Below are positions 31,437 through 40,762 of a DNA stretch of 64,000 nt, one piece after another. Origin of the DNA: a virus; the IMG/VR virus record IMGVR_UViG_3300044617_001156, one strand, 5' to 3'. The notes below the pieces were generated by a model that saw only the letters and a program-made list of their open reading frames with translations, made no database searches and was not told the origin of the DNA. The first letter of the stretch is position 1; each line of letters opens with the position of its first letter. Made by a program: the position numbers and the translations under genes.

Positions 31437-32111
31437 ATGATTTCGTCATATTTTACCGAACAGAAATTTGACCTCAATAAGATACCACCAGTCATAAATC
31501 CTGAGGAATTTAAACATAAAACTCAGGAATTTTGGTATCTAAAACATCATGACTACCAACCATTTGTATTCGTAGATGATGTATTTGGTGAAGATGAGGT
31601 CAATCAAATCATCAAACTTGGAAATCTTTATGTAGAAGAACAAGCATATACTGGCGGAACAATTGGTGCAATCAACAAAGAAATTCGTGCATGTAAACTT
31701 GCTTGGATGTTTCCAAATAACTACACTGAGTGGATTTATCGAAAAATTACTGATGTAGTCAATCAAGTTAATGAGCAGTACTTTAAGTTTGATTTGACCA
31801 AATTGGAAACTTTACAATTTACAAAGTATAAGGAAGAAGAAAGTGGATTTTATGAGAAACACACTGACCCAATACCAGGTCAATATCTACCAGAAAATCG
31901 TAAGTTAAGTCTTGTCGTTCAACTTTCAGACCCCAGTGAGTATGAAGGTGGAGACTTATGTTTGCATACAGCAAAGGACCCTACAGTTATTGAAAAGAAA
32001 AAAGGAAGAATAATATTCTTTCCATCATACACATTACATGAAGTTAAACCAGTTACTCAAGGTACACGATATACCTTAGTTGGTTGGACACATGGACCAG
32101 CATTTAAGTGA
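31437..32111 (+). CDS. 2OG-Fe(II) oxygenase (PKHD-like)
   Basis: HTD, RKLSLVVQLSDP.EYEGG and HEVKPVTQGTRY motifs; paralog of 9072. Confidence 0.9.
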   Translation: MISSYFTEQKFDLNKIPPVINPEEFKHKTQEFWYLKHHDYQPFVFVDDVFGEDEVNQIIKLGNLYVEEQAYTGGTIGAINKEIRACKLAWMFPNNYTEWIYRKITDVVNQVNEQYFKFDLTKLETLQFTKYKEEESGFYEKHTDPIPGQYLPENRKLSLVVQLSDPSEYEGGDLCLHTAKDPTVIEKKKGRIIFFPSYTLHEVKPVTQGTRYTLVGWTHGPAFK

Positions 32112-32115
32112 GGTT

Positions 32116-32688
32116 ATGATGAGTTTTAAGAAAAAAGGATATCAAGTTATCAGAAACTTTCTAGAACCAGAGTTTGTAAGTTTTATTCAAGAGTATTTCT
32201 TCGTAAGAATTAATGCAGCACAAGCAACTGTTGACCCTCAAGCACCCTTCAGTTACTCATTTTATGCTGACCCATTGATTGAAACAGTTCTTGGAAAGTC
32301 ATGTAAACCTTTAGGTGAACTTGTAGGTCTAAGACTATTACCACAATACACTTATACTAGACTTTATCAAGAAAAGGATGAGTTAGTGATTCATCGTGAC
32401 CGTCCTTCATGTGAAATCTCAGCAACTCTTTCATTAGGTTTCCCTGAAGGTGAAGAGATTAATCCAATCTACTTCAGTAAGAATGAGGATAAATCAGATG
32501 CAACTGAAATTAAATTAAATCCAGGAGACCTTTGCTTATATCGTGGATGTGATTTATATCACTGGAGAGAACCTTTTAAGAACCAATGGTATCTTCAAGC
32601 ATTTCTGCATTATGTGGATGGTAATGGACCTTATAAAGACCAACTTTATGATGGAAGACCATTCCTAGCAATGCAGAAGCAATCTTAA
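32116..32688 (+). CDS. 2OG-Fe(II) oxygenase-like protein
   Basis: HRDRPSCEIS and HWRE motifs; paralog of 9723; start reassigned to the ATG at 32116 after a GAGG RBS. Confidence 0.8.
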   Translation: MMSFKKKGYQVIRNFLEPEFVSFIQEYFFVRINAAQATVDPQAPFSYSFYADPLIETVLGKSCKPLGELVGLRLLPQYTYTRLYQEKDELVIHRDRPSCEISATLSLGFPEGEEINPIYFSKNEDKSDATEIKLNPGDLCLYRGCDLYHWREPFKNQWYLQAFLHYVDGNGPYKDQLYDGRPFLAMQKQS

Positions 32689-32712
32689 TAAATACCTAAA
32701 AAGTATAAAGAG

Positions 32713-34068
32713 ATGTCGGTTACTAAAGCTCAACTTATAGGTAATGTATCGGCAGGAGCAAGTTTTTCTGGTATTGTAACTGCTACTAGTTTCAGAGGAG
32801 ATGGTAGTGATCTTACTGGTGTTGGTATTGGAACCACTGGGTCTGTTAATACTATAGGTATTGGTACTTTTGGTACTGTAGTTGCTTCGAATATTAATGT
32901 TTCTGGTGTAATCACTGCTACAAGTTTCAGTGGAGATGGCTCTGGATTAACTGGTGTTGGTGTTGGTTCTAGTGATAGCATTAACACTACAGGTATTGGT
33001 ACTTTTGGTACTGTTGTTGCTACTGCAGACCTCGATATACCTAGTGGAACTACGTCACAAAGGCCTTCTGTTCCAACTGCAGGTTCCTTTAGGTACAATA
33101 ATGAATTTGGATTTTTAGAATTTTACGATGGATCCAATTGGAGACAAATATTATTAGGTTCTCAATTAGTTCCAGCTGGTGCTGGTATCTTCGCTGGTGG
33201 TTCTCCTAGCACTTACGATGCGCCCTCATTAAACATAATAGACTATATCACCATAGCAAACACAGGAAACGCAACTGACTGGGGTGACCTTAGTGTATCA
33301 CGTTTTTCTCTTGGTGCATGTTCTTCAAGTAGTAGAGGTGTCTTTGGTTCAGGATATGTAGCTCCATCCCAGATTCAAGTAAATGTAATAGACTACATTA
33401 CCATATCAACCATTGGTAACGCCATAGATTTTGGTGACCTTACTGTAGTACGTAATGGTGCGGAGGGTTGCTCTTCAAGCACTCGCGGTGTCTTTGGTGG
33501 TGGTTTTCTTTCTCCAGGATTTTTGCAAAATGTAATAGACTACATCACCATAGCAACTACAGGTAATGCTACTGACTTTGGAGACTTAACTGTAGCACGT
33601 CAATCTGACGGTGCCTGTTCCTCAAGCACTCGGGGTGTCTTTGGTGGTGGTACTACTCCATCAAATACAAACACAATAGACTATATCACCATAGCATCTA
33701 CAGGAAACGCAGTTGACTTTGGTGACCTTACGGTAGCACGCGGAGTATCGGCTTGCTCTTCAAGTACCAGAGGTGTCTTTGGTGGTGGTAACACTACACC
33801 AGTATTATCTAACACAATAGACTTCATCACCATAGCATCCAACGGAAATGCAACTGACTTTGGAGACCTTACAGTACGACGTTTTGCTCTTGCAGCATGT
33901 TCTTCAAGTACCAGAGGTGTCTTTGGTGGTGGTTATGCCCCAACAGCATCTAACATAATAGACTACATCACCATAGCAACTACAGGTAACGCAACTGACT
34001 TTGGAGACCTAACTGTAGCACGTACTGGTTTAGTAGCGTGCTCTAACTCACACGGTGGTCTCTCATAA
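32713..34068 (+). CDS. Beta-propeller fibre-tip protein (paralog 5)
   Basis: Same architecture as 21463; six repeats. Confidence 0.75.
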   Translation: MSVTKAQLIGNVSAGASFSGIVTATSFRGDGSDLTGVGIGTTGSVNTIGIGTFGTVVASNINVSGVITATSFSGDGSGLTGVGVGSSDSINTTGIGTFGTVVATADLDIPSGTTSQRPSVPTAGSFRYNNEFGFLEFYDGSNWRQILLGSQLVPAGAGIFAGGSPSTYDAPSLNIIDYITIANTGNATDWGDLSVSRFSLGACSSSSRGVFGSGYVAPSQIQVNVIDYITISTIGNAIDFGDLTVVRNGAEGCSSSTRGVFGGGFLSPGFLQNVIDYITIATTGNATDFGDLTVARQSDGACSSSTRGVFGGGTTPSNTNTIDYITIASTGNAVDFGDLTVARGVSACSSSTRGVFGGGNTTPVLSNTIDFITIASNGNATDFGDLTVRRFALAACSSSTRGVFGGGYAPTASNIIDYITIATTGNATDFGDLTVARTGLVACSNSHGGLS

Positions 34069-34126
34069 GACCACTTCAAAAACCGTCACACTAAGACCCC
34101 AAAAGACCCTCAAGACGCTCTATAGT
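34069..34126 (+). promoter_or_regulatory. Early promoter with upstream CCA...AACCGTC box (long class)
   Basis: GACCACTTCAAAAACCGTCAC, with the box GTC 36 nt before TATAGT at 34121. Confidence 0.65.
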
Positions 34127-34148
34127 ATCTAAAGTTCACCAGAGACCG

Positions 34149-34253
34149 ATGAGGTACTCCAGTCTAGACCGATTGCTTTTTGTCGGCAGTTTCATCTGGG
34201 TTGCACACTGGGCAACGAAAGTATCCGAAGTAATCATTAAATCTTTATTCTGA
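34149..34253 (+). CDS. Small hydrophobic protein (34 aa; not in track)
   Basis: MRYSSLDRLLFVGSFIWVAHWATKVSEVIIKSLF; its stop overlaps the next ATG. Confidence 0.5.
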   Translation: MRYSSLDRLLFVGSFIWVAHWATKVSEVIIKSLF

Positions 34254-34681
34254 TGCACTCCCTTGATATAACGGGATATGGGGCACGTAAGAGGCGTGTA
34301 GAAGACACTGTAAGGTGGTTTCTCCAGAAGTACCTACCACGACACCATATTCACATTGAAATGCTTCACAGGGGTCTTCGTAGGGAACAATCATATGGAT
34401 ATTGCTCTGTGTCTGGAGAAGTCTATCGTCCCCGTGAGTTTCTGATTGAAATTGACCCGAAACTTGACCTTGAACTTTATACAAAGACCATCATACATGA
34501 GTTAATTCATCTTCGTCAATGGGTTCAAGGAACACTCAAAGAACGGAGAGGAAAGATGTACTACAAGAACATCAAGTGTGAGGACTTGGACTACTGGGAA
34601 CAACCCCATGAAGTTGAAGCACACTCACTTGAACAAATGTATTACGAAGACTACTTGACGGATACCCATCAGACTGTGTAG
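34253..34681 (+). CDS. HExxH zinc metallopeptidase-like protein
   Basis: TIIHELIHLRQ and downstream P.EVEA motifs. Confidence 0.7.
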   Translation: MHSLDITGYGARKRRVEDTVRWFLQKYLPRHHIHIEMLHRGLRREQSYGYCSVSGEVYRPREFLIEIDPKLDLELYTKTIIHELIHLRQWVQGTLKERRGKMYYKNIKCEDLDYWEQPHEVEAHSLEQMYYEDYLTDTHQTV

Positions 34682-34725
34682 AATACCTTTGTCGAGGTTG
34701 AAAAGAATTATAAAGCTCAGAGCTC

Positions 34726-35205
34726 ATGAAAACAGTAGAGAGACACAGATATAAGGATAAGACAATCTATGAGACCCGTAAGATAACCTTTGAACCTTAT
34801 CGGTATTCAGAACATAATATGGTTTTAGTAATGGGTCTTATCAGAAGACAACTAACACCAGACTTATTAACACCAAAGTACAGAGAAGAGAACATTCAAA
34901 ATCCAACTTACGGACATTGTTATCACTCTACTCAAGCATTATTTTATCTTATGGATACTGATGAGTTAGTACCAATGAGTGGGAAAGATTATCGTGGAGA
35001 TTATCATTGGTGGTTACAAGATGGTGAGAAGATTTATGATCTTACTGCAGAACAATATTACTCAGTAGGACAATTACCACCTTATGAGAATGGAAAACCA
35101 AGTAAATGGTATGGGTGGGGACAAAGACCCCATCAAAGGTCATTGAACCTAATCGTTAGAGTATTAGGAAAAGAGAATGTGACTGATGAGCTCCTGACGT
35201 ATTGA
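34726..35205 (+). CDS. Hypothetical protein with possible Cys-His catalytic pair
   Basis: GHCYHSTQAL, HWWL and DLT motifs; upstream TTGACG-18-TAGAAT at 34655-34684. Confidence 0.6.
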   Translation: MKTVERHRYKDKTIYETRKITFEPYRYSEHNMVLVMGLIRRQLTPDLLTPKYREENIQNPTYGHCYHSTQALFYLMDTDELVPMSGKDYRGDYHWWLQDGEKIYDLTAEQYYSVGQLPPYENGKPSKWYGWGQRPHQRSLNLIVRVLGKENVTDELLTY

Positions 35206-35207
35206 AT

Positions 35208-35235
35208 TGGGCCCTGTAAAGTGTCCTAGTAATGT
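35208..35235 (+). promoter_or_regulatory. 28-bp GGGCCC element, copy 1
   Basis: TGGGCCCTGTAAAGTGTCCTAGTAATGT. Confidence 0.85.
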
Positions 35236-35391
35236 GAGAGACAGACTATCAAGGTCACTTCTTTCACTGGTACACTTGACGGCAGTTCTCTGATCCGTTA
35301 AAATAAACAAATCAAACGACACACTGTTTGATCCCGCAATCTTCTTCTAACATACTGAAGAGGCAAGCAAAAACACATTTTTAATTTTCTT

Positions 35392-36558
35392 ATGCAAAGC
35401 AATCAAAATTTCTGTGTTCCCCTGAAGGAACGAATTTCACTTCTTGACTATTCGCTGATGCTTCAGAAGTTTAGAGCATTCAACGCACCACGTCAGTTTC
35501 AACGTCCTATCGCATGGGCTCCCGCAGATAGGAAAAAATTCTTCAACTCTATGTTGATGAACCGAGTAGAAGGCACTTTTGTCTTTGTTGATGTTACTCG
35601 TAGTATTAAAAGACTAGAAGATCTTGGAGAATATTCAGGAAAAACATATTCCTTCTTCAAGAAATTTCTTGATAGTGGATATAAGTACGTTGTTCTTGAT
35701 GGGAACAATCGTATGTCCTTTATGCAATCTCTATTCTCTGATGAATATACAATTCCCGAAGGAACGTATGAATTCATGAATGATGAACTTGGAGGAACCA
35801 TCTCTTCCTTTACTGTAAGGAAAGATAAACAAAAGTTTTCAGACCTTCCCGAAAGGGTTAGTTCGGTTCTCAAAGAACGACAAGCTTCCATTAGTCTCTA
35901 CACTCAAATTTCATTTGATGGAATGTCTGAAGTGTTCCAGAATGTGAATAGTGGTGTTCCACTGAACGCACAGGAACTTCGCAATGCTTATTCTACGGAG
36001 TGGGCTGATTACGTTCGCGAAATTTCTGATGAAATCAGCAGTCTTCTTGCAAAACTCTTCAAAGACCACCGTTTCCGTCTTAAGGGTGAAGAGTGGGTGG
36101 TAGATTGTCTTGACTTTGTTCTAAATGCAGTTACAACTGACCCAGACACCGAAGAAACAACTTGTAAAGGAATTTCTCAATCAACAAAAAACAAACTTTA
36201 TCTGAGTAATTTCCTCTGTGAGGACGATCAAAGTTTTTATTTCGATAAATTTGTTGAAATGATGGACTTCATTTCTCAGATGATTGATGATAAAATTTTG
36301 GATGTGAAAGTTCTTACACGTTCATCCGCAGTACAAAATCTTTATTGGATGATGTGTAATGGTGTTGATACTTACGAACAAGCAGTTGCTGCAGTTGAAG
36401 CACACGAAAAAGCATACAAAAATAAAGATCTCACCTACACATGCGGTGACGATGAAAAAACATTCAAAGAATGTTGTAATGGTATGAGTAAAGAAAACCT
36501 TGAATTTAGGCACATCATTTTCTCTGAAATTCTAGAAAAACTTCCTGTTGCGGCTTGA
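35392..36558 (+). CDS. DUF262 (ParB-like/GmrS-type) domain protein
   Basis: FQRPIAW, VLDGNNR and F..VNSGVPLNAQELRNA motifs; promoter TTGACG-17-TAAAAT at 35276-35304. Confidence 0.75.
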   Translation: MQSNQNFCVPLKERISLLDYSLMLQKFRAFNAPRQFQRPIAWAPADRKKFFNSMLMNRVEGTFVFVDVTRSIKRLEDLGEYSGKTYSFFKKFLDSGYKYVVLDGNNRMSFMQSLFSDEYTIPEGTYEFMNDELGGTISSFTVRKDKQKFSDLPERVSSVLKERQASISLYTQISFDGMSEVFQNVNSGVPLNAQELRNAYSTEWADYVREISDEISSLLAKLFKDHRFRLKGEEWVVDCLDFVLNAVTTDPDTEETTCKGISQSTKNKLYLSNFLCEDDQSFYFDKFVEMMDFISQMIDDKILDVKVLTRSSAVQNLYWMMCNGVDTYEQAVAAVEAHEKAYKNKDLTYTCGDDEKTFKECCNGMSKENLEFRHIIFSEILEKLPVAA

Positions 36559-36615
36559 ACCAATTCTAAAACCGTCACACTGGGGTCCTAAACGACCCCT
36601 TTTCTGTTCTATAAT
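36558..36615 (+). promoter_or_regulatory. Early promoter, long class
   Basis: AACCAATTCTAAAACCGTCAC followed by TATAAT at 36610. Confidence 0.65.
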
Positions 36616-36636
36616 AACTCTGTTACAAACCAATCC

Positions 36637-37875
36637 ATGAAATCCAATCAGTTCATCTACGTCAAACCGAAAAACTCTGAAGCAAAAGAAGTTTTTCAAT
36701 ATGATATGCGAGGACTTCATTCCTGCAAAATTCTTCAAAGGAATGGAACTGATATGCTTGTAAAGTCCATTGCTGGTGACTTTTACTTTCAAATTGATAC
36801 TGATAACGACAAAAACTGGGAACTGCTGAAATGAAAAAACTACTTGCTCTTCTTGTTTTCCTTCCGATTTCAGTATCAGCACAAGAAATTTATGCTATCA
36901 ATGTGAATAAGATGTGTGCTGCGATTGTAGGAATTCCTTATGCGTCTGATAACTTTAGTGATAAGGAATGGGAAGAATTTAAGGATTGTATGAGGTTCGT
37001 GGAGCAGTTTAAAGATTGATTAAATAGTGGTAGAATAGAAGAAGACCAATGGTTGCTCTATTACTTACGACAACCATATCCTGCTCTGAGGCCTTGAAAG
37101 TTCTTTCGCGTATTACAAGCGTTGTAGGACTTACAAGACAACAGAAGATTGAACTTATTCAAACAGTTCAACAGTCCATTCCTACGTGTCCCTTAAAAGT
37201 TGTTCCTAATGAAAGACCAAAACCCAGTAACTGATTTTGAAACTTCTGATGTTAAGTGGAACCGTGGGCTTGACCTGTTTATTGAAAGCGTTCATAAACC
37301 TGATAGTGACCTTAGACAGTGCGCTCATAACCAAAAGTGTTACAATGAACTCTTGGAAGTTCGGGAAACTGTGTTAGAATATCTGAAAACACTAAGAAGA
37401 TGAGTTCTTATACAGTATACTTTATTATCTTTGCTTGTATTGGATATTTAATCGCCACAGACCAAAGTGTCGCCAAAGCAGTTGTTTTTCTATCACAACT
37501 TGCACGTTTTGAATATGAGAAATTGAAGTGGTGGTTGATTATGAACCCAAAATCTCCCTGGGGTAGATATTCAATTCACCGTAGGTCTAATCAGTTAGCA
37601 AAAGAACTGATGAAAGAACTTGAAGATAAAACAAAATGAAGTATCTACCCTTACTTTTGGTACTGTTAGCATCTCCCGCAAATGCTATCACTTGGAACCA
37701 ATTCTGGAGACCATTTAACAATGGTTCATACTACCGTAGTCCTGTTTATTACAACTACACTCCAATATGTACTCAACTTGTTTATCACCGTGAGTATGTA
37801 CCTGGCGATGGTTTTAGATATGGATACGTAAGAACTTGGTCTGAAAGAGTAAGAGTTCCCTGTGGTTATCATTAA
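36637..37875 (+). other. Run of six small hypothetical ORFs (36637, 36831, 37049, about 37209, 37400, 37636), several with signal or TM-like N-termini
   Basis: Tightly packed plus-strand ORFs with overlapping start/stop codons. Confidence 0.6.
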
Positions 37876-37906
37876 AACCTAGATAATGTGAACCTCTAAT
37901 AAAGGT

Positions 37907-38383
37907 ATGACTGGAATAAAAATCCAACCGAATACAACGGTTTTAGTATTAAACGCAAGTTATGAACCTCTGAATTTCTGTTCTGGGCGTAGAGCAGTTG
38001 TTCTCTTGTTGAAAGAAAAGGCACAGTTTCTTTCTTCAAGAGTTATACGTCTTTTGAATTATATTAGGATACCTTTCTCTGCCCTAACATCTCATAAACC
38101 CTCACGTAGTGCGATATACAAACGTGATGGAAATAAGTGTGCTTATTGTTCTGCTACAAAAAATCTAACGGTAGACCATATAATTCCTAAATCACGTGGT
38201 GGTGAAGATACTTGGGCTAATTTAACGATTGCCTGCTCCAAATGTAACACTAAAAAGGGGAATAGAACCCCAGAAGAATGTGGAATGGTCTTAAGAACTA
38301 AACCCAGAGCACCTTCTAATAAATTAATATTCTATATGGATGTATCTAAAGTTGATGAGTGGAGACAGTATTCTTTTGGTTAA
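37907..38383 (+). CDS. HNH endonuclease
   Basis: VLVLNASYEPL, RD...CAYC, TVDHIIPKSRGG..W.N....C..CN..KG motifs. Confidence 0.9.
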   Translation: MTGIKIQPNTTVLVLNASYEPLNFCSGRRAVVLLLKEKAQFLSSRVIRLLNYIRIPFSALTSHKPSRSAIYKRDGNKCAYCSATKNLTVDHIIPKSRGGEDTWANLTIACSKCNTKKGNRTPEECGMVLRTKPRAPSNKLIFYMDVSKVDEWRQYSFG

Positions 38384-38498
38384 GTTATAGTTATGTTAAG
38401 AAACCCACACAAACCTCCTAGATAGTGGTAGAATAATGAGGTCATACAAATGAACTGAAAATTATTTGCGATGATATTCTTTGTGCGTGGAGGTTATT

Positions 38499-38672
38499 AT
38501 GCACAATTTAATTTCTTACAATCAACTTGTATCTTGGAATCATTTGGAAAAAACGATTGATGAATATGTTGAACAAGATGAACTAATTAATGATTATTAC
38601 CAATGTATAATTGAATGTAGCGATAAACAGCAAGAATGTAAACGCATATGTAGGTCTATTCTATCACTATAA
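38499..38672 (+). CDS. Small protein with four C-terminal Cys (cyanobacteria/cyanophage type)
   Basis: GGAGG RBS before the ATG at 38499; DYYQCIIEC...ECKRIC. Confidence 0.65.
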   Translation: MHNLISYNQLVSWNHLEKTIDEYVEQDELINDYYQCIIECSDKQQECKRICRSILSL

Positions 38673-38728
38673 ACCAGTTTAACAACCGCCCACCACCTCT
38701 TGACTTCAGCGTCAAGAGGTTTTATAGT
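38671..38728 (+). promoter_or_regulatory. Early promoter, long class, with -35 inside a hairpin
   Basis: TTGACT-17-TATAGT; ACCTCTTGAC/GTCAAGAGGT 10-bp inverted repeat. Confidence 0.8.
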
Positions 38729-38750
38729 AGGTTCATAGAAATCCAAAGCA

Positions 38751-39215
38751 ATGACCCACAAAGCAACTCTCAAGGTTAAATTTGATACGGAATGGACTTC
38801 TACTGGTGGAGTTTATGACGATGAAACTCTTCCAGAGGAGCATTATACTTTTGAGATTCCTGTTGAGGATATTAACAGTATGCAACTGTTCCGCTTCTTT
38901 GGAACTATTGCCCGCACGATGGGACATAATGATTTTGGTATTATGAAAGGTGCTTGTTCGCTCGCATTTAATGATATGCGTAGTTTTGAGGATATGAAAA
39001 AGGTTGCTGACGAGTATGACTTGTATCTCTCAGAAGAATATGCAAACAAAGTTATTCCTCTGGAAAACAAGATTTATGATTTGGAAAAACAAGTTCGTGA
39101 CCTGAAAGCAAAACTATCACGCTGTGAAAATCCCGATGCTCCCGATTATACAGAGGAGGAAATGAATGCGATGAAGATACACAGAGTTGTAGGCGAATAT
39201 GTAGAAAACTTTTAA
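38751..39215 (+). CDS. Hypothetical protein
   Basis: ORF directly downstream of an early promoter. Confidence 0.65.
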   Translation: MTHKATLKVKFDTEWTSTGGVYDDETLPEEHYTFEIPVEDINSMQLFRFFGTIARTMGHNDFGIMKGACSLAFNDMRSFEDMKKVADEYDLYLSEEYANKVIPLENKIYDLEKQVRDLKAKLSRCENPDAPDYTEEEMNAMKIHRVVGEYVENF

Positions 39216-39221
39216 GTACAT

Positions 39222-39279
39222 AAACCAGTTTAAAATCCGTCCATTTGCCCTTGACTTTCGCGGTCAAGGGTTTTATAGT
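39222..39279 (+). promoter_or_regulatory. Early promoter, long class, with -35 inside a hairpin
   Basis: TTGACT-17-TATAGT; CCCTTGAC/GTCAAGGG inverted repeat. Confidence 0.8.
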
Positions 39280-39304
39280 AGGTACATACAAATCCAGCAA
39301 ATGA

Positions 39305-39526
39305 ATGTCTGAACGTTCTGAAAACTTTATGAAAGCAGTATGGGAAGCACGAAACACTGGTGCTGATACTGAGGAAAAATTAGTTGCAACTATTCTTCGT
39401 TTAGTTGCTGATAATGTAAAGTTTTACAATGCTCAAAACAATGTCGTTGTCCTAGATAAAAATGATGTACTTGAGCTCTCTAATGAAATTGAACAGACAT
39501 CTCAAGAAAAAAATGAAGAGGTTTAA
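39305..39526 (+). CDS. Hypothetical protein
   Basis: First ORF after the promoter. Confidence 0.6.
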   Translation: MSERSENFMKAVWEARNTGADTEEKLVATILRLVADNVKFYNAQNNVVVLDKNDVLELSNEIEQTSQEKNEEV

Positions 39527-40495
39527 AGTCCTTGAATTTAAACATCGTGAAGACTGGGGACACGATGTATATCTAACGTTTCTTAAAGGAAGACACTTTT
39601 CCTTTATTCAACTTTCACTTGGATGGACTAACTTCCCTGGATATCCACATCTACAAGTATCCTCTGGGTGTGGTAAATTGTTTAGTATTATCTTTTGGTG
39701 CTATAAATTTGCACTTGATTTTGAAATTCTAGGACGTACTTGGAGGATTTAAATGTCTGACTTAACTCATGAAGAAATGCTTTCTATTGCTGCTCAAAGA
39801 GAACTCATAAACGAAGCACTTGAAGAACTCAACGCAATCGTATTAGGAGGACAAGATACTAGAGAGTTTTATCTCTCAGTGTCTCATATTCGTAATGTAT
39901 TAGAAAGATTGAAATGACTTATAAAGTTAGATATACTGGTTTCGGTCCATACAAAAATGTTCTTGAACCAAATCAAATTCTAACAGTGAAAGAGATGCTA
40001 CCTTATGCTTGGCACGAAAACTTTACTTTTGAGGAAGTGGAAGGTGAGTATCATACAATTTTCTTTGAGGATGTGGTAGAATGAACTACATAAAACAAAA
40101 AGGAGAACAACAATGAAAATCGGAGACGTAATGCTTGCCGCAATCTGTGGTCTGGTTATTATCACATCAGCAGTTTATGTTGATAGACACTATTCAACTT
40201 CTAATGTAGAACAGAAAGCAAAATGAATGTATCACCAGGTATGAGAAACCTATTACAGAATGTATTCACACCCAGAAGAACACTATGGGGTATTTGGAGA
40301 CGCTGAAATGACTGAAACTAACACTGAAACCAAGTACATCGTCCATTGGAATAGTATGCCTCCCTACCGAAAAGAAGCAGAATTCCCTACTCTTGAAGTT
40401 GCTGAATTTTGGTACAATAAGAAACTAGACCAAGACAAAGACCCTGATATGTACGTCAAAGAAACAACCACTTCGGTTACTTCTACAAAACTGCG

Positions 40496-40762
40496 ATGAC
40501 CCTTGAAGAAATCCTAGAAGAATACGGACAGGAAGTATTAGACAAATACTATGAACTCTTCCCAGATAAGAGTATTGAAAAGTTTCCTTATAGGTTCTGT
40601 GGTCCTGTTGGTGGATATGATGACTTTCTATTAGATGCTTATTATTCAACAGGAAGTGATGAACTTGATGAAACACTTGAAACCTTTGAAAATGGAGTGT
40701 TTCAAGAGTATTACTATTATGATGAATTGACTGCTACGGGTTTCGTATTTTACAATGATTGA
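40496..40762 (+). CDS. Very acidic small protein, possibly ArdA-like
   Basis: About a quarter D/E, aromatic-rich, ends GFVFYND. Confidence 0.5.
   Translation: MTLEEILEEYGQEVLDKYYELFPDKSIEKFPYRFCGPVGGYDDFLLDAYYSTGSDELDETLETFENGVFQEYYYYDELTATGFVFYND

Noticed and set aside
11863-34068. Propeller repeats as a diversity-generating retroelement
   Set aside because: No reverse transcriptase in the window and no non-coding template repeat. The differences include indels and are not confined to adenines.
38499-38672. CP12
   Set aside because: It lacks the AWD.VEEL core and the C-terminal C...P...EC..Y.D pattern.
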